Below are positions 1-9,723 of a stretch of 62,237 nucleotides of DNA, piece after piece (the stretch's first letter is position 1; each line of letters begins with the position of its first letter). The position numbers and the translations under genes were made by a program. The stretch is from positions 1 through 62,237 of the IMG/VR virus record IMGVR_UViG_3300044940_000392. The stretch is one strand, 5' to 3'. The notes under the pieces were generated by a model, which searched no databases, was not told the DNA's origin, and worked only from the letters and a program-made list of their open reading frames with translations. The stretch is from a virus. Lineage: Duplodnaviria > Caudoviricetes.

Positions 1-125
1 GACCGGATTGCCCAAGCATGGAAGAAAATAGTTGTTGTGCGTTAATCGCTCGATTGGATGAATCAGAACCGAGTCCAGTTAATCCTAGCATTCTCTGTAG
101 TGCCGCTTGCTCACCGGAGGAGGTT
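1..125. repeat. Exact terminal direct repeat (copy 1); most likely assembly overlap of a circular or circularly permuted genome
   Basis: 1-125 is identical to 62113-62237, and a minus-strand ORF reads in frame across the junction. Confidence 0.95.
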
Positions 126-1279
126 AAATTTCCTCCCATACCAAGACGCGATAAAACATCTTGCATACCGGAACCCATTAAACCAGAACCCATTCCGAAT
201 TGTTGTAGCTGCAATCCTTGTTGGCCCATTCGAGCTTCGTTAATCGCGCTTCCGATATTTTTCAACATATCGGTTTCGTTTTCTTGAACCGCTTGATTTT
301 GTAATCCGCTTCGCACGGCAGGACCGCCGCCGCGCAACATAGCTTGACGATAATTCTGTGCGGAATTATTCGCAAATTGCGTCCCGGCTTTATCCGCTGC
401 CATGTTAGTAACTTCATCCATGGAAAGCAGAGGATCTTTTCCTAAAATTTGTTGGCCGCGGTTTCGTAAAAATTGATTTTCCGAAGTATTCCCCCCTGTT
501 CCTAAAATTCCACGACCGAGAGAGCTAAGAGCGTTTGAATTTTCATTAAAACCTTGTGTAGCAAGACCTTGTTTTGCGGCTTCAAGCGCAAGTTGATCCC
601 ACGGAGTCATACCGCCCGTTTGTAATCCGGATTGACCAAAACTCATTAAGGCTTGAGCTTGTGGAGTCATGCCGCCGCGTTTAATGGAATCTGTCCCAGC
701 ATCGACGGTAAAGTTTGAATATGGATTCGCGCCGCCGCCCTGAATAACTTGTTGGGCGATATTCCGCATTTGTGGATTTCCTGACTCATTCATGATTCGG
801 GAAATCATGTCAAACGCAGCTTGACTTTCTGGGGTTCTTCCTCCTTGTGTAAAAATAGCGGACCCAATTTCACCCATACCGCGCATTAGAGAACCAAGCT
901 GTCCCTGTTGATCCATGACATATTGCATCAAGGGATTAACGCCCGCGTTTGTTAGATTTTGACCGAGAAAATTAAATGGATTGTAAAATGAGTTTAAGTT
1001 TAATGAATCATTAAATAATCCCGTAACATTCTGACGAGTTTTTTCAGCGCCCGCGCCAGTGTTGTCTAAAAACGGAAGAAGCCTCGCATATAGATCATCC
1101 TTACCGCCCATGGCGATATCTTGTCCAAACTGCTTCGCATCTATTCCGGTATTCATCAAGTTAGAAATCAAGCCTTGCTGCCATTTCAACTGACTAGCTT
1201 GGTCTTGATTTCCACCAAAAATTCCACCAAGAATTTTTCCAGCAGCGCTCCCGATGAGAGATAGTGTAAGTGGATCCAT
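1..1279 (-). CDS. N-terminal part of a ~615 aa G/Q/M/N-rich putative ejection (internal virion) protein; continues at 62112-61544
   Basis: ATG at 1279 (MDPLTLSLIGSAAGKILGGIFGGNQDQASQ...), open to position 1 and in frame with ORF 61544..62203; glycine-rich hydrophobic N-terminus; follows the tail genes as P22 gp7 does. Confidence 0.8.
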   Translation of the reverse strand, partial: MDPLTLSLIGSAAGKILGGIFGGNQDQASQLKWQQGLISNLMNTGIDAKQFGQDIAMGGKDDLYARLLPFLDNTGAGAEKTRQNVTGLFNDSLNLNSFYNPFNFLGQNLTNAGVNPLMQYVMDQQGQLGSLMRGMGEIGSAIFTQGGRTPESQAAFDMISRIMNESGNPQMRNIAQQVIQGGGANPYSNFTVDAGTDSIKRGGMTPQAQALMSFGQSGLQTGGMTPWDQLALEAAKQGLATQGFNENSNALSSLGRGILGTGGNTSENQFLRNRGQQILGKDPLLSMDEVTNMAADKAGTQFANNSAQNYRQAMLRGGGPAVRSGLQNQAVQENETDMLKNIGSAINEARMGQQGLQLQQFGMGSGLMGSGMQDVLSRLGMGGNLTSSGEQAALQRMLGLTGLGSDSSNRAINAQQLFSSMLGQSG

Positions 1280-1306
1280 ATTATTTCTTTCAATACTATT
1301 TTAACA

Positions 1307-1714
1307 TTATACCGTAAATGATGAACAAGACGGAGAGGAGTTAATCTCTAAGGCTAATCCAGAAGATAATTTAGTTTGAATGTAAAATGTAACTTTTTGT
1401 CCCGCGGGTCCCGGAATAAATATTTGAACAGGAGAAGATTGTGTCGAAACCGGACCAGAAAAAGATTGAATATTTACCGTCGCCGGGTTCTCAATTGTCC
1501 AATAAACGAAATATTCATTAAATCCATTCGGTTCGTCAAATACAATAGTAAAGTAAGTACCCCCGGAAATTGTATCTATTCGTGCAACGAACGGAGATGA
1601 AACATTTTTAATCCTTTGTCCAGATTTAATCTGCGGAGGAAGAACAGCACCTTCCGCGGCATTACGTAGATTCGCAATTCGATTTACAATAAATTCTGAA
1701 GATTCAGTTCTCAT
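1307..1714 (-). CDS. Hypothetical virion protein (beta-rich)
   Basis: 135 aa ORF coupled by TAATG overlap to the upstream tail gene. Confidence 0.65.
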   Translation of the reverse strand: MRTESSEFIVNRIANLRNAAEGAVLPPQIKSGQRIKNVSSPFVARIDTISGGTYFTIVFDEPNGFNEYFVYWTIENPATVNIQSFSGPVSTQSSPVQIFIPGPAGQKVTFYIQTKLSSGLALEINSSPSCSSFTV

Positions 1715-4023
1715 TATGCTCCAGAGGTTGGGGTAAAGATAAATGAAAGATTATGAAGTTCTAGAGGATCAGCGTTGTTTATTAATCGCATTTCAAGCGC
1801 AATTCTTTCAGCAACTTCATTAATTTGAATATATTGTGTTTTATACCCTTTACTCGGATTCCTTCGCGGAGGGTCGGTTAAAATATCTGAAGAAATCCCA
1901 TCAGTCCAAAAATCATCAAGGTAAAAATAACAATAAGGGTCCGAATCGGTTGAATTGATCATTGTTCGGTCGAATTTAATCATCGAAACATTCGGAACCA
2001 TTGCTTCTTTTACAAGCGCGTTTATGTGATTTCCCGGCGAAATTTCAGCAAGATGAGTTGTAAAGAATAAATTAAATGAACGCGGCCCGTCCCAAAAATA
2101 ATCTTGAGTTTCCCGCGCTGTTGGGTCGAGTCGTGCAAATTGGCCCTTTTTAGAAACCTCATCCCATATAAAAAAGATAGCGCGGCGTTGAGAAGAAGCT
2201 TCTGAAATTCTTCCAACGGCCATTACTGTACAATTAATATCCCACGGAGTAAACCAGAAAGGGTATTTATTTTCTTTAGTTTTATTAATATCCATCACCC
2301 ATTGACGGGATAACGTTGGATTATCTGCCCGGTGAGAGCAGACAAATAACCATTGTTTGTCTAAATCCGCCCAATATTCAATTTGAAACTCGCCGCCGCC
2401 GTTTGAAGAATCGACTAAATCTGTATATAAAGGTTCAGATATATTCTGCGGATTTTCAATTCCTTCCATTAATACAATTTGAAAATCGTGAGTAAGCGAG
2501 GCTACAGTATTTCCATAACGAGTAATCGCTAATGGGTGGCCGGGAGGGCTTCCCACTTGATCAAAAATTGGGCGAAGATTAAATGAATCTAATGTTTGTC
2601 CGGTTATAATGTATGATTGATTTACAGTTGTGATATATAACGCATCCGCGGTTGCCCGAAGATTTGTAATATTGTCCTGTAATGCGTAAAAGTTTCCATT
2701 TAATCCTGATGGAAAACATTCTTCAGGGACGCCGTCAGTGATTTCTTCGTTTCCAGAAAATACTAATTTAGTTCCAATTCCGTACCAAATTCTTCCCGCA
2801 TAATACGCCAGTGGCGTAGAAGCTTGAATAGGATCGACTCCGACAACTTTTGGCGCAATATTCGGAGGAGGAGGATCATTTGAAACAGTAGTTGGAACAA
2901 TAGTTGATACGTCATTTGTAAGTGCGGAATCAGTTACCGGAGAATCGAAGCCAGAGGATCCAATAAAATCTGCAAGGTGTTTATCTTCATACGTTACTGT
3001 AGTCGCGCCGGGGTTTGGAATTGTGTCGAGTAAATAAAATCTTCCGCCGCCGTCAGTGGTTCGATAAATACGAATATAAGGAATATTAGTTGTATCCGCG
3101 GTTCCCGTTAAAATAATCTTTGGAATAAGATTATTAAATGACCCCGTTGCCGAAGGCGCGTTTCGCGGATCTGCTTCTTGTGGTACGCGGGAAGAAACTT
3201 GTCCTGTAATTGATTCGTAACAATAAGCATAACGCCACGTTACATTTACATTTACAGGAAAATTTGACGTTGCCCATGAATTTCGTAAAACACACAAAGT
3301 TCGGTCTAAGTGCGGCGCGGCAGTAGTTCCACCAACTCCACGAGTTATGGTAAAAGTTAGCCCGGTTTTAGATGTAACAGTGATTAATTCATTATCTAAT
3401 TGAAATGTAAATGGCGCGGCAGGAAATGGATCAGGGCCTTGAATTGTTAATGACGTTGTGGAGTTATTAATTCCACCATTAAGATATCCAATAGTAGCGT
3501 CAATTCTCGCAGGAACAGTCGGAGCTTGAATACCCCATGGGTAAAATTTAGCAATGCCGTCTGTACCGTCAAAAATAATAGAACCAAATAAATCATCTGC
3601 CGCGGCGGGGTAAGATTTAATATATAATTTCCCACGAGAAGCCACAGCTTCGTGTGCGATTAACGATTTATTACACCCGCGGATATCTGGAAATTTAACA
3701 ATCTGTGAAGGTGTCGGAGATTGGTATCTTTGGTAGTATAATTCCCATAAATTTGTGGTATGATTAAACGCCGAGTAAATTGCATAAATTCTCTGCGGTG
3801 TTTCTTCTGTTTGAACAAAAAAGATCCTATCAACCCGAAAATCAAAGCGCCCGTTTGGAATTTCCTTAGTACCAGGACGGCGGCGAAGTTTTCCTTTTCG
3901 AGTAATGAATGTGTTTAAACCTCTGATTAATCTCGGAGTGTTTACAAGTTCATTCTCGATTCTGTTATAAGGAAAATCAAGACGGTCGTATGTAGTTGCG
4001 TCAAATGCGGGATATTGAGGCAT
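1714..4023 (-). CDS. Putative tail nozzle / DNA-stabilisation protein (P22 gp10 / T7 gp12-like)
   Basis: 769 aa beta-rich; N-terminal G.LRRRPG motif, IRIYRT and GRIWYG/LVFS motifs typical of podovirus nozzle proteins; position before the ejection proteins. Confidence 0.7.
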   Translation of the reverse strand: MPQYPAFDATTYDRLDFPYNRIENELVNTPRLIRGLNTFITRKGKLRRRPGTKEIPNGRFDFRVDRIFFVQTEETPQRIYAIYSAFNHTTNLWELYYQRYQSPTPSQIVKFPDIRGCNKSLIAHEAVASRGKLYIKSYPAAADDLFGSIIFDGTDGIAKFYPWGIQAPTVPARIDATIGYLNGGINNSTTSLTIQGPDPFPAAPFTFQLDNELITVTSKTGLTFTITRGVGGTTAAPHLDRTLCVLRNSWATSNFPVNVNVTWRYAYCYESITGQVSSRVPQEADPRNAPSATGSFNNLIPKIILTGTADTTNIPYIRIYRTTDGGGRFYLLDTIPNPGATTVTYEDKHLADFIGSSGFDSPVTDSALTNDVSTIVPTTVSNDPPPPNIAPKVVGVDPIQASTPLAYYAGRIWYGIGTKLVFSGNEEITDGVPEECFPSGLNGNFYALQDNITNLRATADALYITTVNQSYIITGQTLDSFNLRPIFDQVGSPPGHPLAITRYGNTVASLTHDFQIVLMEGIENPQNISEPLYTDLVDSSNGGGEFQIEYWADLDKQWLFVCSHRADNPTLSRQWVMDINKTKENKYPFWFTPWDINCTVMAVGRISEASSQRRAIFFIWDEVSKKGQFARLDPTARETQDYFWDGPRSFNLFFTTHLAEISPGNHINALVKEAMVPNVSMIKFDRTMINSTDSDPYCYFYLDDFWTDGISSDILTDPPRRNPSKGYKTQYIQINEVAERIALEMRLINNADPLELHNLSFIFTPTSGA

Positions 4024-5510
4024 TATTTACCAATAAGTGAACTGCCGTTTGGAAGATTTCCTGCTATTTGCGAATTTGCAGATTGTTTAGGTGCGCCGAA
4101 AGGATTTCCTGTATTGGCTTCGTTTCCACCAGAAGCCATGGAATATAAGCCGCCGCCGTAACGCCCGCCGCCACCGCCCGCAGCACTCATTCGAGAAACG
4201 CCGTTTCCAGATTGAGCATATAAACCACCGCGGCCCTGTGGCATGAAATATTGAGAATTCATATTTGAACCAAGTGGCGCGTTTTGATTTGTATTTGGCG
4301 TACCTGTCGCCGGAGCTTGCGGAGTACCGCCCGAAGGGGGTTGAGTTCCTGTATTACCTCCCGGATTCGGCATTTGAGGCGTTCCGATGTTTCCGGTTAT
4401 GTTATTGAAAATAGGGAACCCGTTGGGGCCGTTTATAAATTGCATTTGCCCGCCTTGGAATTGAACGGGGTTGGATGTTCCCATACCGGGGTTTGACGGA
4501 TTTCCGGGAACCGGACCCGAAGGAGTATATGTTGGATTCCCACCAGCAAACTTTGATGGGTCCCAACCGGGCGGCGCTTGCGGAGAAATTACTCCGCGTT
4601 CGACGAGGTTAATTGCGTCGGTATTAATATTTGGGTCATTTGTGTGTTGTTGATTCCATACACCCATTAGATTAATGACATCAGAAAGGGCGTTGAATGG
4701 ATTTTGTGACGACGCCGCGTTGCCTAAAAGTGACCCAATTGCGGAAGCGTCAATCATCTGCCCATTAGGCATTCGGATATATTGATCACGTTGCGTTGTG
4801 CCGAAAGTTGCGAATGGAGAAGTTACAACTTCGCCGCCAAGAAGTTTTGCTAATTCTTGGGGATTATTAATAACTCCTAATGCGCGGGTGATATTTTCAG
4901 TTTGGCCGTTATTGAAATTCTGCCACTGAATGTTCATCGGGTCAAAACCGAATTGTTGACCGCCGAGCATAGCTTTCATTAAATCAGACTGCCAGCCGGG
5001 GTTAGCATTAAACCAAGCCTGTTGCTGTGATGTAAATTGATTCTGTGCCGGGGGTTGTCCACTTCCAGCCGGAGGAGTTCCCGCAGGTGGATTTGTTGGC
5101 GTTTCCGTTTGTGCGGGATTTGGAATATTACTTAAAGTATTATACAAACCTTGTATTGAGCTAAAAAACGGATTTGGACGTGCCGTTTGATTTGTATTTT
5201 GAGGCGTTTGCTCAACCGAAGATTGAGAAACAGGGCGCGGCGATGTTGGCATTTGTTGACGAACGCCTTCCGGTTGATTAAACGTATTAATATCCATTGT
5301 TTGAATTGGATTTTGCATTTGCATTGCCGCCATGTAATCGTTTAAAGTAAATGGAGCAGGAGCTTGTATTTGAAATTGTTGACTGGGATTTGTAATCGAA
5401 GGTTGAGGCGTCGGATTAAATGGCGAAGTAGAAATAAAATTCTGTATATTATCGAAGCCGCCGTTGGAAAATGTAAATGGACTATAAAGCCCCTGTTCAA
5501 TTAATCCCAT
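4023..5510 (-). CDS. Low-complexity P/Q/N/G-rich protein, possible internal virion protein
   Basis: ~495 aa (ATG at 5510 preferred over TTG at 5525); disordered-looking termini around a central, probably folded segment. Confidence 0.7.
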   Translation of the reverse strand: MGLIEQGLYSPFTFSNGGFDNIQNFISTSPFNPTPQPSITNPSQQFQIQAPAPFTLNDYMAAMQMQNPIQTMDINTFNQPEGVRQQMPTSPRPVSQSSVEQTPQNTNQTARPNPFFSSIQGLYNTLSNIPNPAQTETPTNPPAGTPPAGSGQPPAQNQFTSQQQAWFNANPGWQSDLMKAMLGGQQFGFDPMNIQWQNFNNGQTENITRALGVINNPQELAKLLGGEVVTSPFATFGTTQRDQYIRMPNGQMIDASAIGSLLGNAASSQNPFNALSDVINLMGVWNQQHTNDPNINTDAINLVERGVISPQAPPGWDPSKFAGGNPTYTPSGPVPGNPSNPGMGTSNPVQFQGGQMQFINGPNGFPIFNNITGNIGTPQMPNPGGNTGTQPPSGGTPQAPATGTPNTNQNAPLGSNMNSQYFMPQGRGGLYAQSGNGVSRMSAAGGGGGRYGGGLYSMASGGNEANTGNPFGAPKQSANSQIAGNLPNGSSLIGK

Positions 5511-5561
5511 AATAGTATCTTTCAATACTATTATATAATATGTAGTTATTTAAGAATAAAA

Positions 5562-6446
5562 CTAAAAACCGCGTGGATTACTAAAAGAATGATATGAATT
5601 AAAACGTTGTGTTTGCGGGTTAGATTGTACAGTAGGGGGTTGCGGCGCGGGTTGTTGTGGTTGTCCAGCCGGGTTTGGTTGTGAGAAATTCTGCTGCGCC
5701 CGGTTTTGAACGGGAGAATACATGCTAGAATTGCTAGAATTACTAGGCATCATACTGGGAATCATCGAGCTTTGCGAAGGCATTCCGCCAGGATTTGAAT
5801 TAAATTGATTACTTGAATTTTGTGGATTAAAACTGCGTACGAAATCCATTAAACCACGACTGCTCTTCAAAAAATCTGCTTCGGCTTCGGCCCAATTAGC
5901 TGGACGCCCATAGTATGCTTGATATTCTTCGTGTGCTTTTCTCTCCCGTTCATCTGCGTTCACTCCAGAAAACATAAGACTGTATGGATTAGGTGGAGGA
6001 GTCTGTCCGCCAAAACCACCATTTGAAGCATTTGGAGGAAGATTATTTAATTGTCGAATCTGTTCCTGAGAAATCCTGGAGTCGGGATTAAATCCGGGAG
6101 TATTTCTTGATAGATTAAAAAACTGTTCTAAAGAATTTACTCCCTGTTGATTTTGAGACATTATCTGCTGTAAAAATGCTTGCATTGGATTTGGTCCTTG
6201 AGAAGTTGCAGGAGATTGTTGTTGTCTAAAAAATTGCTGAGCCGCGTTTGGTTGATGAAAATTTGTATTATTTGGATTTCTTGAAATGCTCGAAATAAAT
6301 GCTTGAAGCGGATTACTTACCTGCGGAAGCTGTATTTGAGGTTGCCGTGGAACCTGCTGTTGCTGCCGCCCTTGATTCAACATCATAAGCATTTGCATCA
6401 ATGCCATGGGATTCGCTTGTTGTCTAAATAATCCTTGATTAAACAT
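5562..6446 (-). CDS. Q/N/S/P-rich prion-like low-complexity protein
   Basis: 294 aa; repeated NP(L/M)QAF-type units; almost no charged residues except a short central segment. Confidence 0.75.
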   Translation of the reverse strand: MFNQGLFRQQANPMALMQMLMMLNQGRQQQQVPRQPQIQLPQVSNPLQAFISSISRNPNNTNFHQPNAAQQFFRQQQSPATSQGPNPMQAFLQQIMSQNQQGVNSLEQFFNLSRNTPGFNPDSRISQEQIRQLNNLPPNASNGGFGGQTPPPNPYSLMFSGVNADERERKAHEEYQAYYGRPANWAEAEADFLKSSRGLMDFVRSFNPQNSSNQFNSNPGGMPSQSSMIPSMMPSNSSNSSMYSPVQNRAQQNFSQPNPAGQPQQPAPQPPTVQSNPQTQRFNSYHSFSNPRGF

Positions 6447-6461
6447 TACATTATTATAATA

Positions 6462-6725
6462 CTATTTTTTGTTCATTTTATTTTTAACTGAATTCTTCGG
6501 CGTATTTTTTGAAGAATTTTTCAATACATTTTCTAACGGATTTGGGGTCGTCATTTTTTCTTTCATCCGTTCATTTACAATTTTTTGTAAATATAAAGGA
6601 TCGGCGTCGGAGGGCGTGGTTACAGTTTCTTGTTTTGAAGTATCTCCTTGGGCCGCGGCTTTGTCTAAAACTTTTTTAGCCGGAAATACATAATTTTTAA
6701 TCTTATCTAAAAGTGTATCTTGCAT
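6462..6725 (-). CDS. Hypothetical basic protein
   Basis: 87 aa ORF with AAGGA SD-like site. Confidence 0.6.
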   Translation of the reverse strand: MQDTLLDKIKNYVFPAKKVLDKAAAQGDTSKQETVTTPSDADPLYLQKIVNERMKEKMTTPNPLENVLKNSSKNTPKNSVKNKMNKK

Positions 6726-6828
6726 TATTAATCCTTTTTAATTATTTTAATATTTTCACGCCGAGGGTTATTTTTCACCTTCTTTTGTTTCTTACTTTCG
6801 GACTTAACAAAAGTTAAATAAACTTTCT

Positions 6829-7536
6829 TTATCTCCATAGAATATTCCCCGGCCAAAATGAACCTGAAGTTGTAGCTAGCGGCCCGGAAGGAGTAATATT
6901 TGTATCTCCATCATTTAACCCCTGATCGCGGGACATTTCTTCAATTGCCGTTAAAGCTTTTAGCTGTGCTTTTTCGTCCATCGGATTTCCATTTAATTCA
7001 TAACCTTTCCATAAAGCACATTCCATTAAAGTGAAAAAGTATTTATCATCAAATGGTAATAATGTACCTTGAAAATTACTCGATAAAACTCTCGGTGGAA
7101 GTGTTTTATAAGTTCCAGTTATTAAATACTCCGGACAACCCCAAGAATCGGGAACGCGGGGAAAAACTCGGAAAGCGCGTTTTTCAGGAACAAAAGCAAT
7201 CGATGAAGGAAATGATCGGACGTTTGTTTCAAGTAAAATCTTTGTAGTGTCTAAAGGAATTTTACGAACCGGGTTTCCGTTTAATTGAACAAGAAACGCG
7301 GTCCGAAGTCCATCAAAATCTTCAGGAACAATGTTTAATGGAGAACCGTAGTCTTGTACGCTTGGAGCAAGCCAAAACGCGGGGAGGGTTTTAATGGATT
7401 CTCTCCAGTCATACCGTTTCCAAATTTCTTGAATTGTCATATTACAAATTAACGCCGCAAAATCTTCTTCGGTTGTGCGAGAGATTTTTTTAGAAATTGC
7501 GGAAATTAATTCGCCGTATGTAAGAGTTCTGGCCAT
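6829..7536 (-). CDS. Putative head-tail adaptor / tail tubular ring protein (paralog A)
   Basis: Motif series W....W, QDY, P.DF, PS, R.FP.P, GTYK shared with the neighbouring gene and with podovirus adaptor-type proteins. Confidence 0.65.
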   Translation of the reverse strand: MARTLTYGELISAISKKISRTTEEDFAALICNMTIQEIWKRYDWRESIKTLPAFWLAPSVQDYGSPLNIVPEDFDGLRTAFLVQLNGNPVRKIPLDTTKILLETNVRSFPSSIAFVPEKRAFRVFPRVPDSWGCPEYLITGTYKTLPPRVLSSNFQGTLLPFDDKYFFTLMECALWKGYELNGNPMDEKAQLKALTAIEEMSRDQGLNDGDTNITPSGPLATTSGSFWPGNILWR

Positions 7537-8237
7537 TATTTCTTAGTCCTTTTTGGATCTTGTGAAGTTTTAACGTCAATAAACGGAAGCGGTTCTCGTT
7601 GACGAATTTCTTCAATCATTGATTCCATTTCGCCGCGTTGCCCGTTTGCCGTCATTTGTCCATTGGAAAATTGAATATTTCCGGCGCGCTGATCGTCCGC
7701 ATATCGGTACGCGTAGTATAGAACAATATTACGAAATACATCAATATATTCATCTGGAAAAATTAATGAACCGGGCGTGTATATTGTAGTTTCGTCAAGC
7801 GTGTTAAATTCTTTTTTATATGTCCCGGTTAGCGTCGGAAGTGTGCCCGGCGCATATCCAGATGGAACGGGAGAAAAACGATAATTACCATTAACACCTG
7901 CTCCCGAAATTGCTAATTGAGAGGGTTGTCCAGTTTTAGCGGATTCAAGCGGCAGAAATGGAACAATTTCTAATTCTTTTGTAAGTTTATCGGCAAATAT
8001 TAAATTTGCATCGACGCCATATAAAAAATCTGACGGAAGTGTTACTGTATAGTCTTGTGTGTTATTGACTAAAACTGTAGTAGGCAATGATCCTAAAGTC
8101 CAACGCCAAGGCGCGGCTCTCCAAAAATATCTGGCGGCGTCATTAAGAACCTCAACTTGCAGACGATATAGCGGCATATTTTTAATATACTGTTGTGCCC
8201 ATAACAGGGAATCAATAGGTCTTTCTGTTGCCGCCAT
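7536..8237 (-). CDS. Putative head-tail adaptor / tail tubular ring protein (paralog B)
   Basis: Same motif series as 6829..7536 (FWRAAPW, QDY, LPSDF, GQPSQ, RFSPVP, GTYK). Confidence 0.65.
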   Translation of the reverse strand: MAATERPIDSLLWAQQYIKNMPLYRLQVEVLNDAARYFWRAAPWRWTLGSLPTTVLVNNTQDYTVTLPSDFLYGVDANLIFADKLTKELEIVPFLPLESAKTGQPSQLAISGAGVNGNYRFSPVPSGYAPGTLPTLTGTYKKEFNTLDETTIYTPGSLIFPDEYIDVFRNIVLYYAYRYADDQRAGNIQFSNGQMTANGQRGEMESMIEEIRQREPLPFIDVKTSQDPKRTKK

Positions 8238-8259
8238 GATATTTAATTACCTGATCTTA

Positions 8260-8667
8260 TTATCTCACACCAGGCCCCCCGATAGCTTCACCGGGAGGTA
8301 GCAGATGTTGTGGAATAGAATTCTTTAACCATTCTTTTCCGCAAGTCTGACAAATTCCCATGATTTCTCCGTGGTGATTATAAGACGCGACAAGCGCGGT
8401 TGTGCCGTTGGGTTTTTTATGATCACAAGATTCTTGTATACGAAGTTCCTCCTCGCGCTTAGCTTGTGCTTCTTTCGCTAGAACTTCCTGCTGCTTCTTA
8501 CGAATTGACTTTTTGCGATTCTCTTCATCGATATCTTTTTGATATTTTTCAAGAAGAATCTGGGCAAGTTGTTCTTGCACGGAAGATGAAACTAAACTTG
8601 TAGGTTGTCCCATCATAGCTGCTTGAATTACTGAAATATCTTCGTCGTTTGATTGAAATTTTTTCAT
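8260..8667 (-). CDS. Coiled-coil protein with C-terminal Zn-ribbon
   Basis: Charged helical middle; CDH...CQTC motif. Confidence 0.65.
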   Translation of the reverse strand: MKKFQSNDEDISVIQAAMMGQPTSLVSSSVQEQLAQILLEKYQKDIDEENRKKSIRKKQQEVLAKEAQAKREEELRIQESCDHKKPNGTTALVASYNHHGEIMGICQTCGKEWLKNSIPQHLLPPGEAIGGPGVR

Positions 8668-8697
8668 TTATTTATTGAAATCCTTTATTAAAAATTA

Positions 8698-9723
8698 TTA
8701 AGATTGAATCATTGTGGGAATCGTTAATCCCCAAGGACGTCCTGTGACGTTGCCTAATCTACCATAAAAGCCATAATGAGTGGGTGTAAATAGCAATGTT
8801 CTGGAAACAGTTTGAAGTGGTAAAAAATTTTCTCCATCACGGGAAATTCTAAAACCCCGGTTAGTATTATCATCAAACATTTGCATCCAGAAATCATGTC
8901 CCCATAGAGTTGATTGGTTATACGCCACAAGGTTTGCTTGGCCGCCAAAATTATTATTAGTGAATGTCGCACCTTCTAAAACAATAAATTGATTTGAATT
9001 TGATGTACTATATACTGAAAAAACATGACAGCCAGTTAAAGATACAGTATTTGAATTACTGAATAAAATTCCATATTGAGCAAATTGACCACTTTGTCCT
9101 CCTAAAAATTGCGGTAAAATTTTGAATGTAATAGTATATGGAGGAGTTGGTGTTGGGAGAAAGGCCATTTCCATTGCGCCTTGTGTATTACTATTTGTTC
9201 CGAAATATAATCCGCCCTTAGAATCAGTTAATGTTGCATTTCCATTTGTAGCAACAGTCCAATTTGAAGCCGCCGGGGGCCGGGTTACTTTTCGTCCATT
9301 TAGAAAGTAAATTAAATTCGTTCCATTATCATAAACGAATGGGTAATATGAATCTTCAAGAAGATAAACATTTCCTGTTTGCCCAGGAGAGGGAAGCGCG
9401 GCGAATGTTGAAGGACTGACTACTGATCCACTACTATTAGCAATAATATCCTCCATTGTTTTCTTAGTCACGATATTATACACCGTCGCTTGTGCGGAAT
9501 GTTCCGTTGCGGTAGTTCCTTGAAACCCTCGAGTTACTGTCCATAAAACTGTCGAGTTATTATCAACCCGAATAATTTCACTGTCAATTAAAACGTAAAA
9601 AAAATCGCCGGGGGAAGTGATTAAAGGAAATCCGTCATTAGAAGCAACTGGAATTGAGGTTTGAGACGCAGTGATTGACAGGGTTAATGACGTAACCGCA
9701 TTATTTGCAAATAATTCAGCCAT
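8698..9723 (-). CDS. Putative tail fibre/spike protein with beta-rich (lectin-like) C-terminus
   Basis: N-terminal FANNA..L...I / EII.V / TRG..GTTA..H module common in phage tail proteins; beta-rich C-terminal domain. Confidence 0.7.
   Translation of the reverse strand: MAELFANNAVTSLTLSITASQTSIPVASNDGFPLITSPGDFFYVLIDSEIIRVDNNSTVLWTVTRGFQGTTATEHSAQATVYNIVTKKTMEDIIANSSGSVVSPSTFAALPSPGQTGNVYLLEDSYYPFVYDNGTNLIYFLNGRKVTRPPAASNWTVATNGNATLTDSKGGLYFGTNSNTQGAMEMAFLPTPTPPYTITFKILPQFLGGQSGQFAQYGILFSNSNTVSLTGCHVFSVYSTSNSNQFIVLEGATFTNNNFGGQANLVAYNQSTLWGHDFWMQMFDDNTNRGFRISRDGENFLPLQTVSRTLLFTPTHYGFYGRLGNVTGRPWGLTIPTMIQS

Noticed and set aside
1-125. 125 bp terminal repeat as a biological DTR
   Set aside because: It falls in the middle of an ORF that reads through the junction; typical assembler overlap
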